A DNA stretch of 64,000 nucleotides from Draconibacterium sp. (GCA_050179035.1 JBFXFM010000021.1:12-64011), one strand, 5' to 3'. Positions 37,682 to 47,259 are shown, counted from the first letter of the stretch. Notes: generated from the letters alone by a model not told the origin. Numbers and translations are program-made.

Positions 37682-40651
37682 TTATCTCACAATCATTTTG
37701 TTTACTGCTTTATTTTCACCGGCGTTGAGCTGGTAGAGATAAATACCTCTTTGCAAACCTGAAACATTAACCTTGTAAGTTCCTTTCTGCTGAGTTTCGC
37801 TTATCACCGATTTTACAATTTTACCTGTAACATCATAAACCATCAGGCTTACATTGGCCATTTCAGGAATGGTATATTCAATGGTTGTGGTTCCGTCAAA
37901 AGGATTCGGATAGTTTTGTTTCAATTCAAAACTGTTAATCCCCATTTCGTTAACCGAAACGTACAATTCGCCAAAATAGCCCATATTATCCAGAGCAGTC
38001 CACATTTTAGCCCAGTTTTCATGGCCAAACGCTCCTTTGTAAGCTGTTTCCTCTAATCCTGTGGTTACAAAAGCACCGGTAATCGGAGCTACATTTTCCC
38101 AGGCTGAACTTTGCGGATTCGGACGTGGGTCGAGTTTTCCATCGGCTTCGCGCGAAATTCCCGATATCATTGGGTTTGCTATGGTATTTGCGTTAGCAGT
38201 TAAGTGGTTAACAAGAAAAGCGCCTGTTACATCTTCGGCATCGCTTGTAACCTGAATCATTTTACCGGCAGCAAGTTCGTCGCCAGCACCAAAACCAAAC
38301 CAGATGTTATTTTTGAAAACGAGGTCGCCGTTTTCCATGTGTTTGCGTGAGTCGGTTCCTTTGTCGGCAGCGCGGTCTTCCACTTCAATAGCGCTGAAAG
38401 CAAATTCAGTAAAAATTGAGTTGGCATACATACCACCTGCTCCATCGCGCAACATTAAAGCCACGTCGCCTACATTTGAAGCGGTTCCCGGGCCAATGTA
38501 AGTAGCATTGAAAATTGTAGGTTTTGCAAATCTTGGGTTATCATCGGGGTGAGCGCCATCGTGTTCGCCACCTGAGCCTGCATCGTCAGTACCCTGAATT
38601 GCAAACCAGAACTGGCCACCGCCTCTCCATCCGTCGTCATAATCAAAAGCATCGTCGCCACAGAAAGCAGCAATGAGGTATTTTGTCATTACAGTACCAC
38701 CCCAGAATTCGAAACCATCATCAGAGTTGGCAAACACTTCCACGTTTTCGATTACGGTCTGGCTGCCAACACCGGCAACCGACAAACCGTTGATTTCGTT
38801 ACCTGGCGAGAGTTCAGCACCACCGTGGCGTATTGAAACATATTTGAAAACTCCTGTATTGTGAGTATCGTCGTCTCCGCCAAATTTGGCACGTTCTTCA
38901 CCAGCAGGGATACCTTCAATTGCAGATTCGGCAGCGGTGAACCCGATAACGCCTTTACCCAGAAGGATAACACCACCCCAAAGACCTCGGTCTTCGTGGG
39001 TTAAATCAGCAGGGTCGGTTAAATCATCATCTTCGGCAGTGAAGATAATCGGGAGTTCAGCAGTACCTTCGGCCATAATTTTGGCATCGCGTGTAATAAT
39101 CAGTGCCGAAGCATTGTCACCGGTTGTAGGTGTTGCTTTGGCTTTGATAACCGTTCCGGCATCAATTGTTAAAGTACCCGATTCGAGGAAAACAAAACCA
39201 TCGAGCAGGTAAGTTTTGTCTGCTGTCCAGTGTGCATCACCGGTTAAGGTAGCGTCGGTAACCAATACTTCAGTTCCGCCGGCAGAGAAATCAAGATCCC
39301 CGAAATAACCCATTTTATCAAGTGCTGTCCAACCAAGCGCCCAGTTGGTTGAGCCAAAGGCTCCCCTGTAACTTGTGCTCATTATATTTTCATTGTCTGA
39401 AGAAGCAGAGCCGCTCCATGCCGGACTGCCGGCTGCAAGTCTTGGGTCGAGCTGACCATTAGCTTCACGGCTGATTCCGCGGAATTTTGGGTTTGCTATG
39501 GTATTTGCGTTAGCAGTTAAGTGGTTAACAAGAAAAGCGCCTGTTACATCTTCGGCATCGCTTGTAACCTGAATCATTTTACCGGCAGCAAGTTCGTCGC
39601 CAGCACCAAAACCAAACCAGATGTTATTTTTGAAAACGAGGTCGCCGTTTTCCATGTGTTTGCGTGAGTCGGTTCCTTTGTCGGCAGCGCGGTCTTCCAC
39701 TTCAATAGCGCTGAAAGCAAATTCAGTAAAAATTGAGTTGGCATACATACCACCTGCTCCATCGCGCAACATTAAAGCCACGTCGCCTACATTTGAAGCG
39801 GTTCCCGGGCCAATGTAAGTAGCATTGAAAATTGTAGGTTTTGCAAATCTTGGGTTATCATCGGGGTGAGCGCCATCGTGTTCGCCACCTGAGCCTGCAT
39901 CGTCAGTACCCTGAATTGCAAACCAGAACTGGCCACCGCCTCTCCATCCGTCGTCATAATCAAAAGCATCGTCGCCACAGAAAGCAGCAATGAGGTATTT
40001 TGTCATTACAGTACCACCCCAGAATTCGAAACCATCATCAGAGTTGGCAAACACTTCCACGTTTTCGATTACGGTCTGGCTGCCAACACCGGCAACCGAC
40101 AAACCGTTGATTTCGTTACCTGGCGAGAGTTCAGCACCACCGTGGCGTATTGAAACATATTTGAAAACTCCTGTATTGTGAGTATCGTCGTCTCCGCCAA
40201 ATTTGGCACGTTCTTCACCAGCAGGGATACCTTCAATTGCAGATTCGGCAGCGGTGAACCCGATAACGCCTTTACCCAGAAGGATAACACCACCCCAAAG
40301 ACCTCGGTCTTCGTGGGTTAAATCAGCAGGGTCGGTTAAATCATCATCTTCGGCAGTGAAGATAATCGGGAGTTCAGCAGTACCTTCGGCCATAATTTTG
40401 GCATCGCGTGTAATAATCAGTGCCGAAGCATTGTCACCGGTTGTAGGTGTTGCTTTGGCTTTGATAACCGTTCCGGCATCAATTGTTAAAGTACCCGATT
40501 CGAGGAAAACAAAACCATCGAGCAGGTAAGTTTTGTCTGCTGTCCAGTGTGCATCACCGGTTAAGGTGGCATCGGTAACAGTTATTATGGTTTGTGCATT
40601 CATTGCAAAAGCCATAATAAGAAAGGAAATCATTAAAGTAAATTTTCTCAT
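37682..40651 (-). CDS. T9SS-secreted protein 1: two tandem beta-helix-like domains + type-A CTD
   Basis: 989 aa; signal peptide; duplicated ~439-aa unit (TLTIDAGT, NEINGLSVAGVGSQT, DDGFEFWGG, DDAFDYDDG); CTD QNYPNPF..YDVTGK..GIYLYQL..KMIVR. Confidence 0.92.
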   Translation of the reverse strand: MRKFTLMISFLIMAFAMNAQTIITVTDATLTGDAHWTADKTYLLDGFVFLESGTLTIDAGTVIKAKATPTTGDNASALIITRDAKIMAEGTAELPIIFTAEDDDLTDPADLTHEDRGLWGGVILLGKGVIGFTAAESAIEGIPAGEERAKFGGDDDTHNTGVFKYVSIRHGGAELSPGNEINGLSVAGVGSQTVIENVEVFANSDDGFEFWGGTVMTKYLIAAFCGDDAFDYDDGWRGGGQFWFAIQGTDDAGSGGEHDGAHPDDNPRFAKPTIFNATYIGPGTASNVGDVALMLRDGAGGMYANSIFTEFAFSAIEVEDRAADKGTDSRKHMENGDLVFKNNIWFGFGAGDELAAGKMIQVTSDAEDVTGAFLVNHLTANANTIANPKFRGISREANGQLDPRLAAGSPAWSGSASSDNENIMSTSYRGAFGSTNWALGWTALDKMGYFGDLDFSAGGTEVLVTDATLTGDAHWTADKTYLLDGFVFLESGTLTIDAGTVIKAKATPTTGDNASALIITRDAKIMAEGTAELPIIFTAEDDDLTDPADLTHEDRGLWGGVILLGKGVIGFTAAESAIEGIPAGEERAKFGGDDDTHNTGVFKYVSIRHGGAELSPGNEINGLSVAGVGSQTVIENVEVFANSDDGFEFWGGTVMTKYLIAAFCGDDAFDYDDGWRGGGQFWFAIQGTDDAGSGGEHDGAHPDDNPRFAKPTIFNATYIGPGTASNVGDVALMLRDGAGGMYANSIFTEFAFSAIEVEDRAADKGTDSRKHMENGDLVFKNNIWFGFGAGDELAAGKMIQVTSDAEDVTGAFLVNHLTANANTIANPMISGISREADGKLDPRPNPQSSAWENVAPITGAFVTTGLEETAYKGAFGHENWAKMWTALDNMGYFGELYVSVNEMGINSFELKQNYPNPFDGTTTIEYTIPEMANVSLMVYDVTGKIVKSVISETQQKGTYKVNVSGLQRGIYLYQLNAGENKAVNKMIVR
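38170..39250. repeat. Copy B of the 1081-bp intragenic direct repeat
   Basis: Offset 1317 bp from copy A; six pairs of shadow ORFs in different frames translate identically; boundaries read by eye. Confidence 0.92.
39487..40567. repeat. Copy A of the 1081-bp intragenic direct repeat
   Basis: Matches 38170-39250; first mismatches at 39486/38169 and 40568/39251. Confidence 0.92.
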
Positions 40652-40692
40652 AATGTATTTATTTTCTGTGATTTAAAATAAAATAACGGGGG

Positions 40693-40750
40693 CGAAAAAA
40701 AGGTATTAATATTACAAGGGGGTTAATATTAATTTAAGGACTTGTTACAT
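40693..40750 (-). promoter_or_regulatory. Candidate Pho box (4 repeats, 11-bp period) for the T9SS-1/TBDR-1 operon
   Basis: Plus strand from 40711: ATTACAAGGGG GTTAATATTAA TTTAAGGACTT GTTACAT (TTA at 40712/23/34/45); degenerate -7 element TTTTTTCG. Confidence 0.65.
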
Positions 40751-40890
40751 TAGATTAATAAAAATGTAACAATTATAAAAATGTAATAGTAACAGCGTTT
40801 TCAGCTCTTGAGTATAGAAGCAATGGTGTTAACTAAATTTGACGTGTTAATGTTAACTTAAGAAACCGTAGTGCGATATTTAGGTTGGAG

Positions 40891-42651
40891 CTACCTTTTT
40901 GCCAGCGTAAACAGGAACTCGACACCACCGGTTTCGCGGTTACGCACCGAGATATCGCCTTTGTGCAACTGAACTGCGTTTTTTACGATAGCCAGCCCCA
41001 GTCCGGTTCCTCCGGCTTCGCGGGTGCGGCCATGGTCAACCCGGTAAAACCTTTCAAAAATCCGCGAAAGGTGTTCTTCCGGAATTCCGGCGCCCGTGTC
41101 GGAATACGAGAAATAGTAGTATTTATCGTCTTCGTGATAAACTTTTATCTGTATAGAAATTCCTTTTCCACCGTAATTGATCGAGTTTTCCACAAGGTTT
41201 TGGAAAACCGAGAAAAGCAGCGATTCGTTACCATTTATAATTGTATTTTCAGGGATTTCGGTTGTAAATCTGATGTTTTTTTCATCAATCCGGTTGGCAA
41301 AATTCTGGTAAACTTCTTCGATGAGGGTTTTCAAATCAGTTAGTTTAAACCTGAAAAGTTCTCCCGCGTCTTCAATGTTTGTCAGCAACGAAACATCGTT
41401 TATCAGGTGGGTGAGGCGCTGCGACTGCAAGTATGCTTTTTCAAGAAAATAGCGTTGTTTTTCAGCCGAAACAGGCCTGTTTTCCAATATTGTCTCAAGA
41501 TATCCTTTAATTGACGCCAACGGAGTTTTCAACTCGTGGGCAATGTTCGAAGTGAGTTGCTGTTTCATCAGCCTTCGCTTTTCGAGCCGGGTGATATCTG
41601 TAATCACGACTTCGAAACTAAGGTCGGGGAAAATGATGCTTTGTACTTTTAGAAATTTTTCGCCTTTTGAAATAGTAAACTCCGACTGTTGCAGATTTTC
41701 TGACGAACTGTTGGTAATTGACGGATTTTCTACAAACCGGGTTAGTTCGGCAAACTCTTCCATTTTGAAAATGTGCTCGGGTACAGTAACTTTTTTGTCG
41801 GATATCGAATTGAGGTACTGAATAAAATAGCGGTTCGAAAGTGTTTTTTGTTTTCCGGGCGAAAAGAAAGCGATGCCTTCGTTTAGCGCATTCAGATGGC
41901 TTAGCAGTTTTTCGCGTTCGGTGGCCAACTCGTCCTTGGTTTTTTTCAGGTCACTATAAATAGCAATAATTTGCGAACCAATCGTTCCCAGTTCGTTACC
42001 CGGAAATTCGGTAACCGTGTCAATCTGTTCTTTTTTACCAGCTTTTACTGCAAAATCGCGGAGCTTTGTAATGGCGTCGGCCATACGCGAAGTAATGAAA
42101 AACAATACAATACCAATAATGGAAAATGCAGCTACAATAAAAAAGATGTAATATCGCTCCGTCTTCAGAAAATTCTGGACCTGAACGTCGTAAACAACCG
42201 CTGTACGTACAAAAAAGTGACTGTATTTTTTGGCGTAATAGTAATAAACTTCATTTGTTGTATCCGAGAGGCGGATATTGGCTCCTGATTTGTGTTTAAA
42301 GGCTTTGTCAATTTCAGGTCGGTGGAGGTGGTTTTCCATGGTTCGGTAATTCTCAACCGAACTGTCGAAAATTACTTCGCCATTCAGCATAATAACAGTA
42401 ATTCTCAGGTGTTCCTGCGGAATTATTTCCTTTAATCCCGTAATGCGACTCATTTGGTTTTGTCTAACCAAATCGTTCTTTTCAATAAATAAAGCGGTGA
42501 TTTCGGTAATATTATCGAGCGTATTTTCCAACTGCCGGGTGCGGAATTTTTTCTCGCGTTCGTACTGAAATGCCAGCACGGATGCCGTAAACAAAAAGAA
42601 AACCACAATGTAGTAGAGAAAAATTTTTCCCCTGAAGGAATTTGAATTCAC
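40891..42651 (-). CDS. PhoR-like sensor histidine kinase
   Basis: 586 aa; two TMs; TSNIAHELKTPLASIKGYLET, NLVENSINY, DTGAGIP..RIFERFYRVD..R.REAGGTGLGL. Confidence 0.9.
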   Translation of the reverse strand: MNSNSFRGKIFLYYIVVFFLFTASVLAFQYEREKKFRTRQLENTLDNITEITALFIEKNDLVRQNQMSRITGLKEIIPQEHLRITVIMLNGEVIFDSSVENYRTMENHLHRPEIDKAFKHKSGANIRLSDTTNEVYYYYAKKYSHFFVRTAVVYDVQVQNFLKTERYYIFFIVAAFSIIGIVLFFITSRMADAITKLRDFAVKAGKKEQIDTVTEFPGNELGTIGSQIIAIYSDLKKTKDELATEREKLLSHLNALNEGIAFFSPGKQKTLSNRYFIQYLNSISDKKVTVPEHIFKMEEFAELTRFVENPSITNSSSENLQQSEFTISKGEKFLKVQSIIFPDLSFEVVITDITRLEKRRLMKQQLTSNIAHELKTPLASIKGYLETILENRPVSAEKQRYFLEKAYLQSQRLTHLINDVSLLTNIEDAGELFRFKLTDLKTLIEEVYQNFANRIDEKNIRFTTEIPENTIINGNESLLFSVFQNLVENSINYGGKGISIQIKVYHEDDKYYYFSYSDTGAGIPEEHLSRIFERFYRVDHGRTREAGGTGLGLAIVKNAVQLHKGDISVRNRETGGVEFLFTLAKR

Positions 42652-42666
42652 ACTTGTATTTTTGAA

Positions 42667-43353
42667 CTATTCAATATTTACAAAGCTGTAGCCGTACCCC
42701 GATTTGCCTTTTATATTATCGCTGTACTGGCCTATTTTCCTGCGCAAACGGGCAATATTCACATCCACATTGCGGTCGGTAACAATCACATCGTAATTCC
42801 AGATGCTTTTCAGAATTTCCTCGCGGCTGATGTATTTTCCCATATTTTTTACAAGCAATACAAGAATTTCGTACTCTTTGCGGGTGAGGTTAACTGGTAT
42901 GCCTTCAATCAGTGTTTCCTTTTTATCAGGGTTGATTTTCAGGTCGCGGTAAACCATCTGGTTACTTTCTTTTTCGGGTTTGGTACCTCTTTTCAAGATC
43001 GCTTTTATTCGGGCAATAATTTCCTTTATTGAAAAGGGTTTCGAGATGTAATCGTCGGCACCCACATTAAAACCGGTGAGAATGTCGTTTTCTTCGGTTT
43101 TGGCGGTAAGAAAAATAATAGGGATTTCAAGTTTTTTTTCTTTCCGTATCACATTGGCAACCTTGAAACCAGAGATTCCACCCATCATTACATCAAGCAG
43201 AATGAGGTCGAATTCCTCAAGTGGTTTTTTCAGTGCATCTTCGCCAGAGTGGGCAATATCAATGTCGAAACCTTCGCTTTCAAGATTAAATTCAAGAATT
43301 TCGCAAAGGTCTTTTTCGTCGTCAACGATCAGTATTTTTTTCTTCGATTCCAT
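42667..43353 (-). CDS. PhoB/PhoP-like OmpR-family response regulator
   Basis: 228 aa; IVDDE, LLDVMM, FLTAK, DDYISKPF; wHTH LTRKEYEIL..RNVDVNIARLRRKI. Confidence 0.92.
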   Translation of the reverse strand: MESKKKILIVDDEKDLCEILEFNLESEGFDIDIAHSGEDALKKPLEEFDLILLDVMMGGISGFKVANVIRKEKKLEIPIIFLTAKTEENDILTGFNVGADDYISKPFSIKEIIARIKAILKRGTKPEKESNQMVYRDLKINPDKKETLIEGIPVNLTRKEYEILVLLVKNMGKYISREEILKSIWNYDVIVTDRNVDVNIARLRRKIGQYSDNIKGKSGYGYSFVNIE

Positions 43354-43490
43354 TTTAAAAGGCTTATCAGAAATTTAACTTTAATTGAACCTAAATTTTA
43401 CATTTCGTGCAATTTGGCTGGTGTTGTTTATTCGCTGTCCTAAAAAACCTGTTTTATTAAACATTTTACCCGCCAGATATTACATAAATG

Positions 43491-43555
43491 TATAAGTAGA
43501 GCAAAGTTGTTACAATCCGGTCACTAAATTATTAAATATTATTAATTTATATTTG
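43491..43555. promoter_or_regulatory. Divergent phoBR/porin promoter region with a candidate Pho box
   Basis: GTTACAATCCG GTCACTAAATT ATTAAAT from 43509 (11-bp period); perfect TATATTTG on the plus strand at 43548-43555; weak TACTTATA on the minus strand at 43491-43498. Confidence 0.55.
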
Positions 43556-43580
43556 CGCCGACATTTTTTACAACATAATA

Positions 43581-44576
43581 ATGAAGCGATATCTACTGTT
43601 CCTGTTATTGACTTTATTCCCCGCATTTCTTTATTCCCAACCCGCTGAATTTGTTCCTTCCGGCAAACCATTTGCTACCATTTTCGCCAACTTCCACCAG
43701 GGAATTACAGGTTCGGCAAAAGAGGAAGCTGCTTTCGAACTTGTGCGCGGGTACATTGGATACGAGTACAATTTCAGTCCTGAATTTTACGCAAAAATCA
43801 ATGTGGATGTTGGAAGCCCAAACGACCTTTCGCCCTACTCGAAAGCGCGTCGTTATGCATATTTTAAAAATGCCTATTTGCGCTACATGAAAAAAGGGCT
43901 TACCATCGATTTCGGGTTAATTGATATGCGCCAGTTTAAGTTGCAGGAAGCAGTATGGGAACGCCGCTACCTTATGAAATCACTTGCCGATGAATACCAG
44001 CTTGGGCAGTCAGCCGACCTTGGAATGAACGTAAACTACAAATTTACAAACTGGATTGATGCCGATTTTTCTGTTTCCAACGGCGAAGGGTACAGCAGCA
44101 TTCAAATGGACGATGTGTTTAAATATGGAATCGGCTCAACAATTACATTACCTGAAGATTTTACCTCGCGAATCTTTTATGAATTCACCAAAAAGGAAAT
44201 CACCGAAACCACGCTAACTCTTTTTACTTCGTACGACTTTAAAAAGATTTGGAATATCGCGGGTGAAGCGGTGATGAGGCAAAACGACAAGTGGAAAGAG
44301 AACCAAAATATTTTTGGCTGGTCGGTATATGCAAAATACAACCTTACAAAAAAATACCAGCTTTTTGCACGTTACGACCGCGTAACATCTAATATTCTTA
44401 AAGACGAAATCAACCCGTGGAATCTGGCGAATGACGGAACTGCGCTTGTTGCCGGAATCCAGTTTCAGCCCATCAGCAAAATTAAAATGGCACTCAATTA
44501 CCACGACTGGTATCCGCTGGCTGCCAACATGGAAGGCGGTGGTTTTATTTATTTCGATGTTGAAGTAAAACTGTAA
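43581..44576 (+). CDS. Outer-membrane porin (possibly phosphate-selective OprO/P-like)
   Basis: 331 aa; signal peptide; amphipathic beta-strands; AYFKNAYL; C-terminal YFDVEVKL. Substrate inferred from context only. Confidence 0.7.
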   Translation: MKRYLLFLLLTLFPAFLYSQPAEFVPSGKPFATIFANFHQGITGSAKEEAAFELVRGYIGYEYNFSPEFYAKINVDVGSPNDLSPYSKARRYAYFKNAYLRYMKKGLTIDFGLIDMRQFKLQEAVWERRYLMKSLADEYQLGQSADLGMNVNYKFTNWIDADFSVSNGEGYSSIQMDDVFKYGIGSTITLPEDFTSRIFYEFTKKEITETTLTLFTSYDFKKIWNIAGEAVMRQNDKWKENQNIFGWSVYAKYNLTKKYQLFARYDRVTSNILKDEINPWNLANDGTALVAGIQFQPISKIKMALNYHDWYPLAANMEGGGFIYFDVEVKL

Positions 44577-44586
44577 ACAGCCAGCC

Positions 44587-45897
44587 ATGAAAAGAAATTT
44601 TATTCTGATATCTGCATTTATTTTAATGTTAGTTAGCTGCCGAAAAAGTGATTATGAGCTCGAAACCAGCGGCAATAATATTGTTGACAATGGTGCCGGA
44701 ACCGGAACTGTTACCTGGACAAAAGACAAAGAATATGTAATTGAAGGTTTTGTTTTTGTAAACGACGGGCAAACACTTACCATTGAACCTGGAACCGTGG
44801 TGCGCTTTGCAGCCGGTGAAGGTGAAAATGCCAGTGCGTTGATTGTTTCGCGTGGAGGTAAAATTATGGCCGAAGGAACTGCCGATGAACCCATTATTTT
44901 TACAGCAGAATCAGACGACCTGATTCTTTCGGTGGAAAAAGAAAAAAGGGGTTTATGGGGCGGATTGATGATTCTTGGAAATGCCCCGATTAACGTAAAA
45001 GGCGGCGAATCGACAATCGAAGGTATTCCTTTCTCAGAGCCGCGCGGTGTGTTTGGCGGGCCCGACGAAAACGACGATTCGGGTGTTCTGAAATATGTTT
45101 CAATTCGCCATGGAGGAACAAACATTGGCGATGGCAACGAAATTAACGGACTTACACTGGGCGGCGTAGGCAGCAAAACTATCGTCGATTATGTTGAAAT
45201 TATTTCGAATGAAGACGATGGAGTTGAAATTTTTGGCGGCACTGTAAACCTGAAACACATGGCGGTTTCGGGTTGTGGCGACGATGCTTTCGACTACGAT
45301 TTGGGCTGGAATGGAAAAGGGCAGTTCTGGCTCGCTGTTCAGAATGATAATCTTGGCGACCAGATTATTGAGGCTGGTGGCGGAACCGACCCTGTAATTG
45401 GTACGCCAAATTCACTTCCCAATATATTCAATGTTACCCTTGTTGGCAACGGAAATAATGGAGATGGCGGATGTGTGAAATTTTTTAATTACGCCGGAGG
45501 AAATATTGCCAACTCGGTTATTATCAACAATAATCACGGTATTTTGCTCGAAGTTACCGATGCCCAGCACGACAGTTACGCACAGTGGCTGCAAGGGAAA
45601 CTTGAGGTGAAGAACAATGTTTTTTACGATGTGGCATCTTCAACACCGGCAACAGTTTTTTCACTCACCGGTTTTTATTCGACCGACCAGCAAACTTTAT
45701 GGTCCAACAGTTTTGTCACTTCTAAAAACGAATTCACCAATCCGAACATGGATTGGAAAAACGGTGATTATTTGCCAAATCCGAAATTGCAGGGGAACAT
45801 GGCAGAATACCCCGATTCATGGTTTCAGGTTGTAAATTTTAAGGGCGCGTTTGGCGAAAGTAATTGGATTGAAGGCTGGACTTTGCTTGCAGAATAA
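44587..45897 (+). CDS. Lipoprotein carrying one copy of the same beta-helix-like domain as T9SS protein 1
   Basis: Lipobox LVSC followed by RKSDYELE; TLTIEPGT, NEINGLTLGGVGSKT, DDGVEIFGG, DDAFDYDLG. Confidence 0.9.
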   Translation: MKRNFILISAFILMLVSCRKSDYELETSGNNIVDNGAGTGTVTWTKDKEYVIEGFVFVNDGQTLTIEPGTVVRFAAGEGENASALIVSRGGKIMAEGTADEPIIFTAESDDLILSVEKEKRGLWGGLMILGNAPINVKGGESTIEGIPFSEPRGVFGGPDENDDSGVLKYVSIRHGGTNIGDGNEINGLTLGGVGSKTIVDYVEIISNEDDGVEIFGGTVNLKHMAVSGCGDDAFDYDLGWNGKGQFWLAVQNDNLGDQIIEAGGGTDPVIGTPNSLPNIFNVTLVGNGNNGDGGCVKFFNYAGGNIANSVIINNNHGILLEVTDAQHDSYAQWLQGKLEVKNNVFYDVASSTPATVFSLTGFYSTDQQTLWSNSFVTSKNEFTNPNMDWKNGDYLPNPKLQGNMAEYPDSWFQVVNFKGAFGESNWIEGWTLLAE

Positions 45898-46308
45898 TCA
45901 ATACACCGGAAAAAACCCGCTCACTCTTGATTTTACATTTTGCACACTGGCCAACATCTGCCGGGCATTCAGGTTAAAATATTGCTGGGCTTCGGTGTTG
46001 TTGTAAAATTTGCCAAATTTTCTGAGTGGTTTTACGCGCTGTTCAAGTGTATCGGCTAATTCCATAAACTCTTCAATGCCAACTTCCTGGGTTTCGAGCG
46101 TATAAATTACATCGGTTTCGTAATCGTAAGTAAAGTCGGCATGTAACGCCAGAACCCATTCCTGTGTTGTATCATCCTCGTTTTCACTTCTGAATTGGGT
46201 ATAACAAACAAGCATTCGGCCATCGGGCATTCCGAAAAAACTTACAGGCAAAAACGTCTGAAAACAGGTGTTATTCGATTTGTATATTAAACGTGATTTT
46301 GTTGACAT
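45898..46308 (-). CDS. Hypothetical cytoplasmic protein, paralog of 53189-53563
   Basis: MSTKSRLIYKSNNTCFQTFLPVSFFGMPDG; likely start 46308, preceded by AAAGGAGG. Confidence 0.8.
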   Translation of the reverse strand: MSTKSRLIYKSNNTCFQTFLPVSFFGMPDGRMLVCYTQFRSENEDDTTQEWVLALHADFTYDYETDVIYTLETQEVGIEEFMELADTLEQRVKPLRKFGKFYNNTEAQQYFNLNARQMLASVQNVKSRVSGFFPVY

Positions 46309-46352
46309 GGCGCCTCCTTTTTTTAATTTGAGCAAATTACACCGAATGATTT

Positions 46353-46410
46353 CAAAAGCAGCGAAAATCAGATTAATGTTTGGTAAACAATGGGTTAAAA
46401 AAATGTTACG
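46353..46410 (-). promoter_or_regulatory. Candidate Pho box for the 45898-46308 gene
   Basis: ATTAATGTTTG GTAAACAATGG GTTAAAAAAAT GTTACG from 46372; TGCTTTTG -7 element on the minus strand at 46353-46360. Confidence 0.55.
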
Positions 46411-46513
46411 TAAGCAAAGGGAAGGAATGTTGTAATTGTTGTCATTGTTGTTGTAGGATTACTGAAATTCAGGAGCTATGGGTTACCATTCCTTCTTCAG
46501 AACACAGCTCTTT

Positions 46514-46553
46514 GGGGGCTTTTTTATATTAGCCCCGGTGCTTTAGCCCGGGG
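46514..46553. repeat. REP-like GC-rich palindromes
   Basis: GGGGCT-TTTTTATATT-AGCCCC overlapping CCCCGGTGCTTTAGCCCGGGG. Confidence 0.55.
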
Positions 46554-46719
46554 ATCTGGCGCACCTCTCATAATCTGAAAGTAGTTTGAAATACAGGTGC
46601 TGACAACCGGTTTTTTCAGATTTACAAGTTGAGGCAGGATGTTCAAAAATCTAAGGCAAAACTTCAGCCTAAATCAGGTGAATGATTGTAAACCGTTTTT
46701 TGTATTTTTAAGAAAAAAA

Positions 46720-47256
46720 ATGATGAGACTTTTATCCTTGCTTTTCATTATAATTCTGGCCACCGGTTGCCAAACCGAAAACAGAAAGGCTGAACCCTCG
46801 CAAAAACGAAGCCACCCGAGCCATCGGTACAATTATGTAACTGTCGATACAACAACATTGAATTATTTCGAAACCGACTACCTGCCGGTTTACTCCGATA
46901 TTTATTATGAGAATGGCACACAGCGGTTCCCGATTACAGCCACTGTGAGTTTGCGCAACACTTCGCTTACCGATTCGGCGTATGTACTTTCGGCCCGATA
47001 TTACGACTCGTATGGTAAAATGCTTCACGTTTATATCGATTCCACCTTGTTGCTGTCGCCACTTGAGTCGGTTGAACTGGTAGTTGAAGAAGGTGAAAAA
47101 GCAGGTGGAGCCGGCGCTAATTTTATCATCGAATGGGCGGCTGCCAAATACACCAACCAGATGCTGATTCAATCGGTAATGATTAGCACGTACGGGCAGC
47201 AGGGCGTTTCATTTCTTTCGGAAGCGAAGGTTATTCAACGGAAAAACCGGGAATGA
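46720..47256 (+). CDS. DUF3124 lipoprotein
   Basis: Lipobox ATGC; YLPVYSDIY, TVSLRNT, RYYDSYG, GGAGANFIIEW, IQSVMI. Confidence 0.85.
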   Translation: MMRLLSLLFIIILATGCQTENRKAEPSQKRSHPSHRYNYVTVDTTTLNYFETDYLPVYSDIYYENGTQRFPITATVSLRNTSLTDSAYVLSARYYDSYGKMLHVYIDSTLLLSPLESVELVVEEGEKAGGAGANFIIEWAAAKYTNQMLIQSVMISTYGQQGVSFLSEAKVIQRKNRE

Positions 47257-47259
47257 TTT

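Noticed and set aside
38170-40567. Interpreting the 1081-bp repeat as an IS or transposon
   Set aside because: In-frame within one CDS; no terminal inverted repeats, target duplication or transposase.
40742-40772. TTGTTACAT-N13-ATGTAACAA inverted repeat as a second regulator's operator
   Set aside because: It overlaps the direct-repeat array and can be explained by half-sites in both orientations; only one occurrence.
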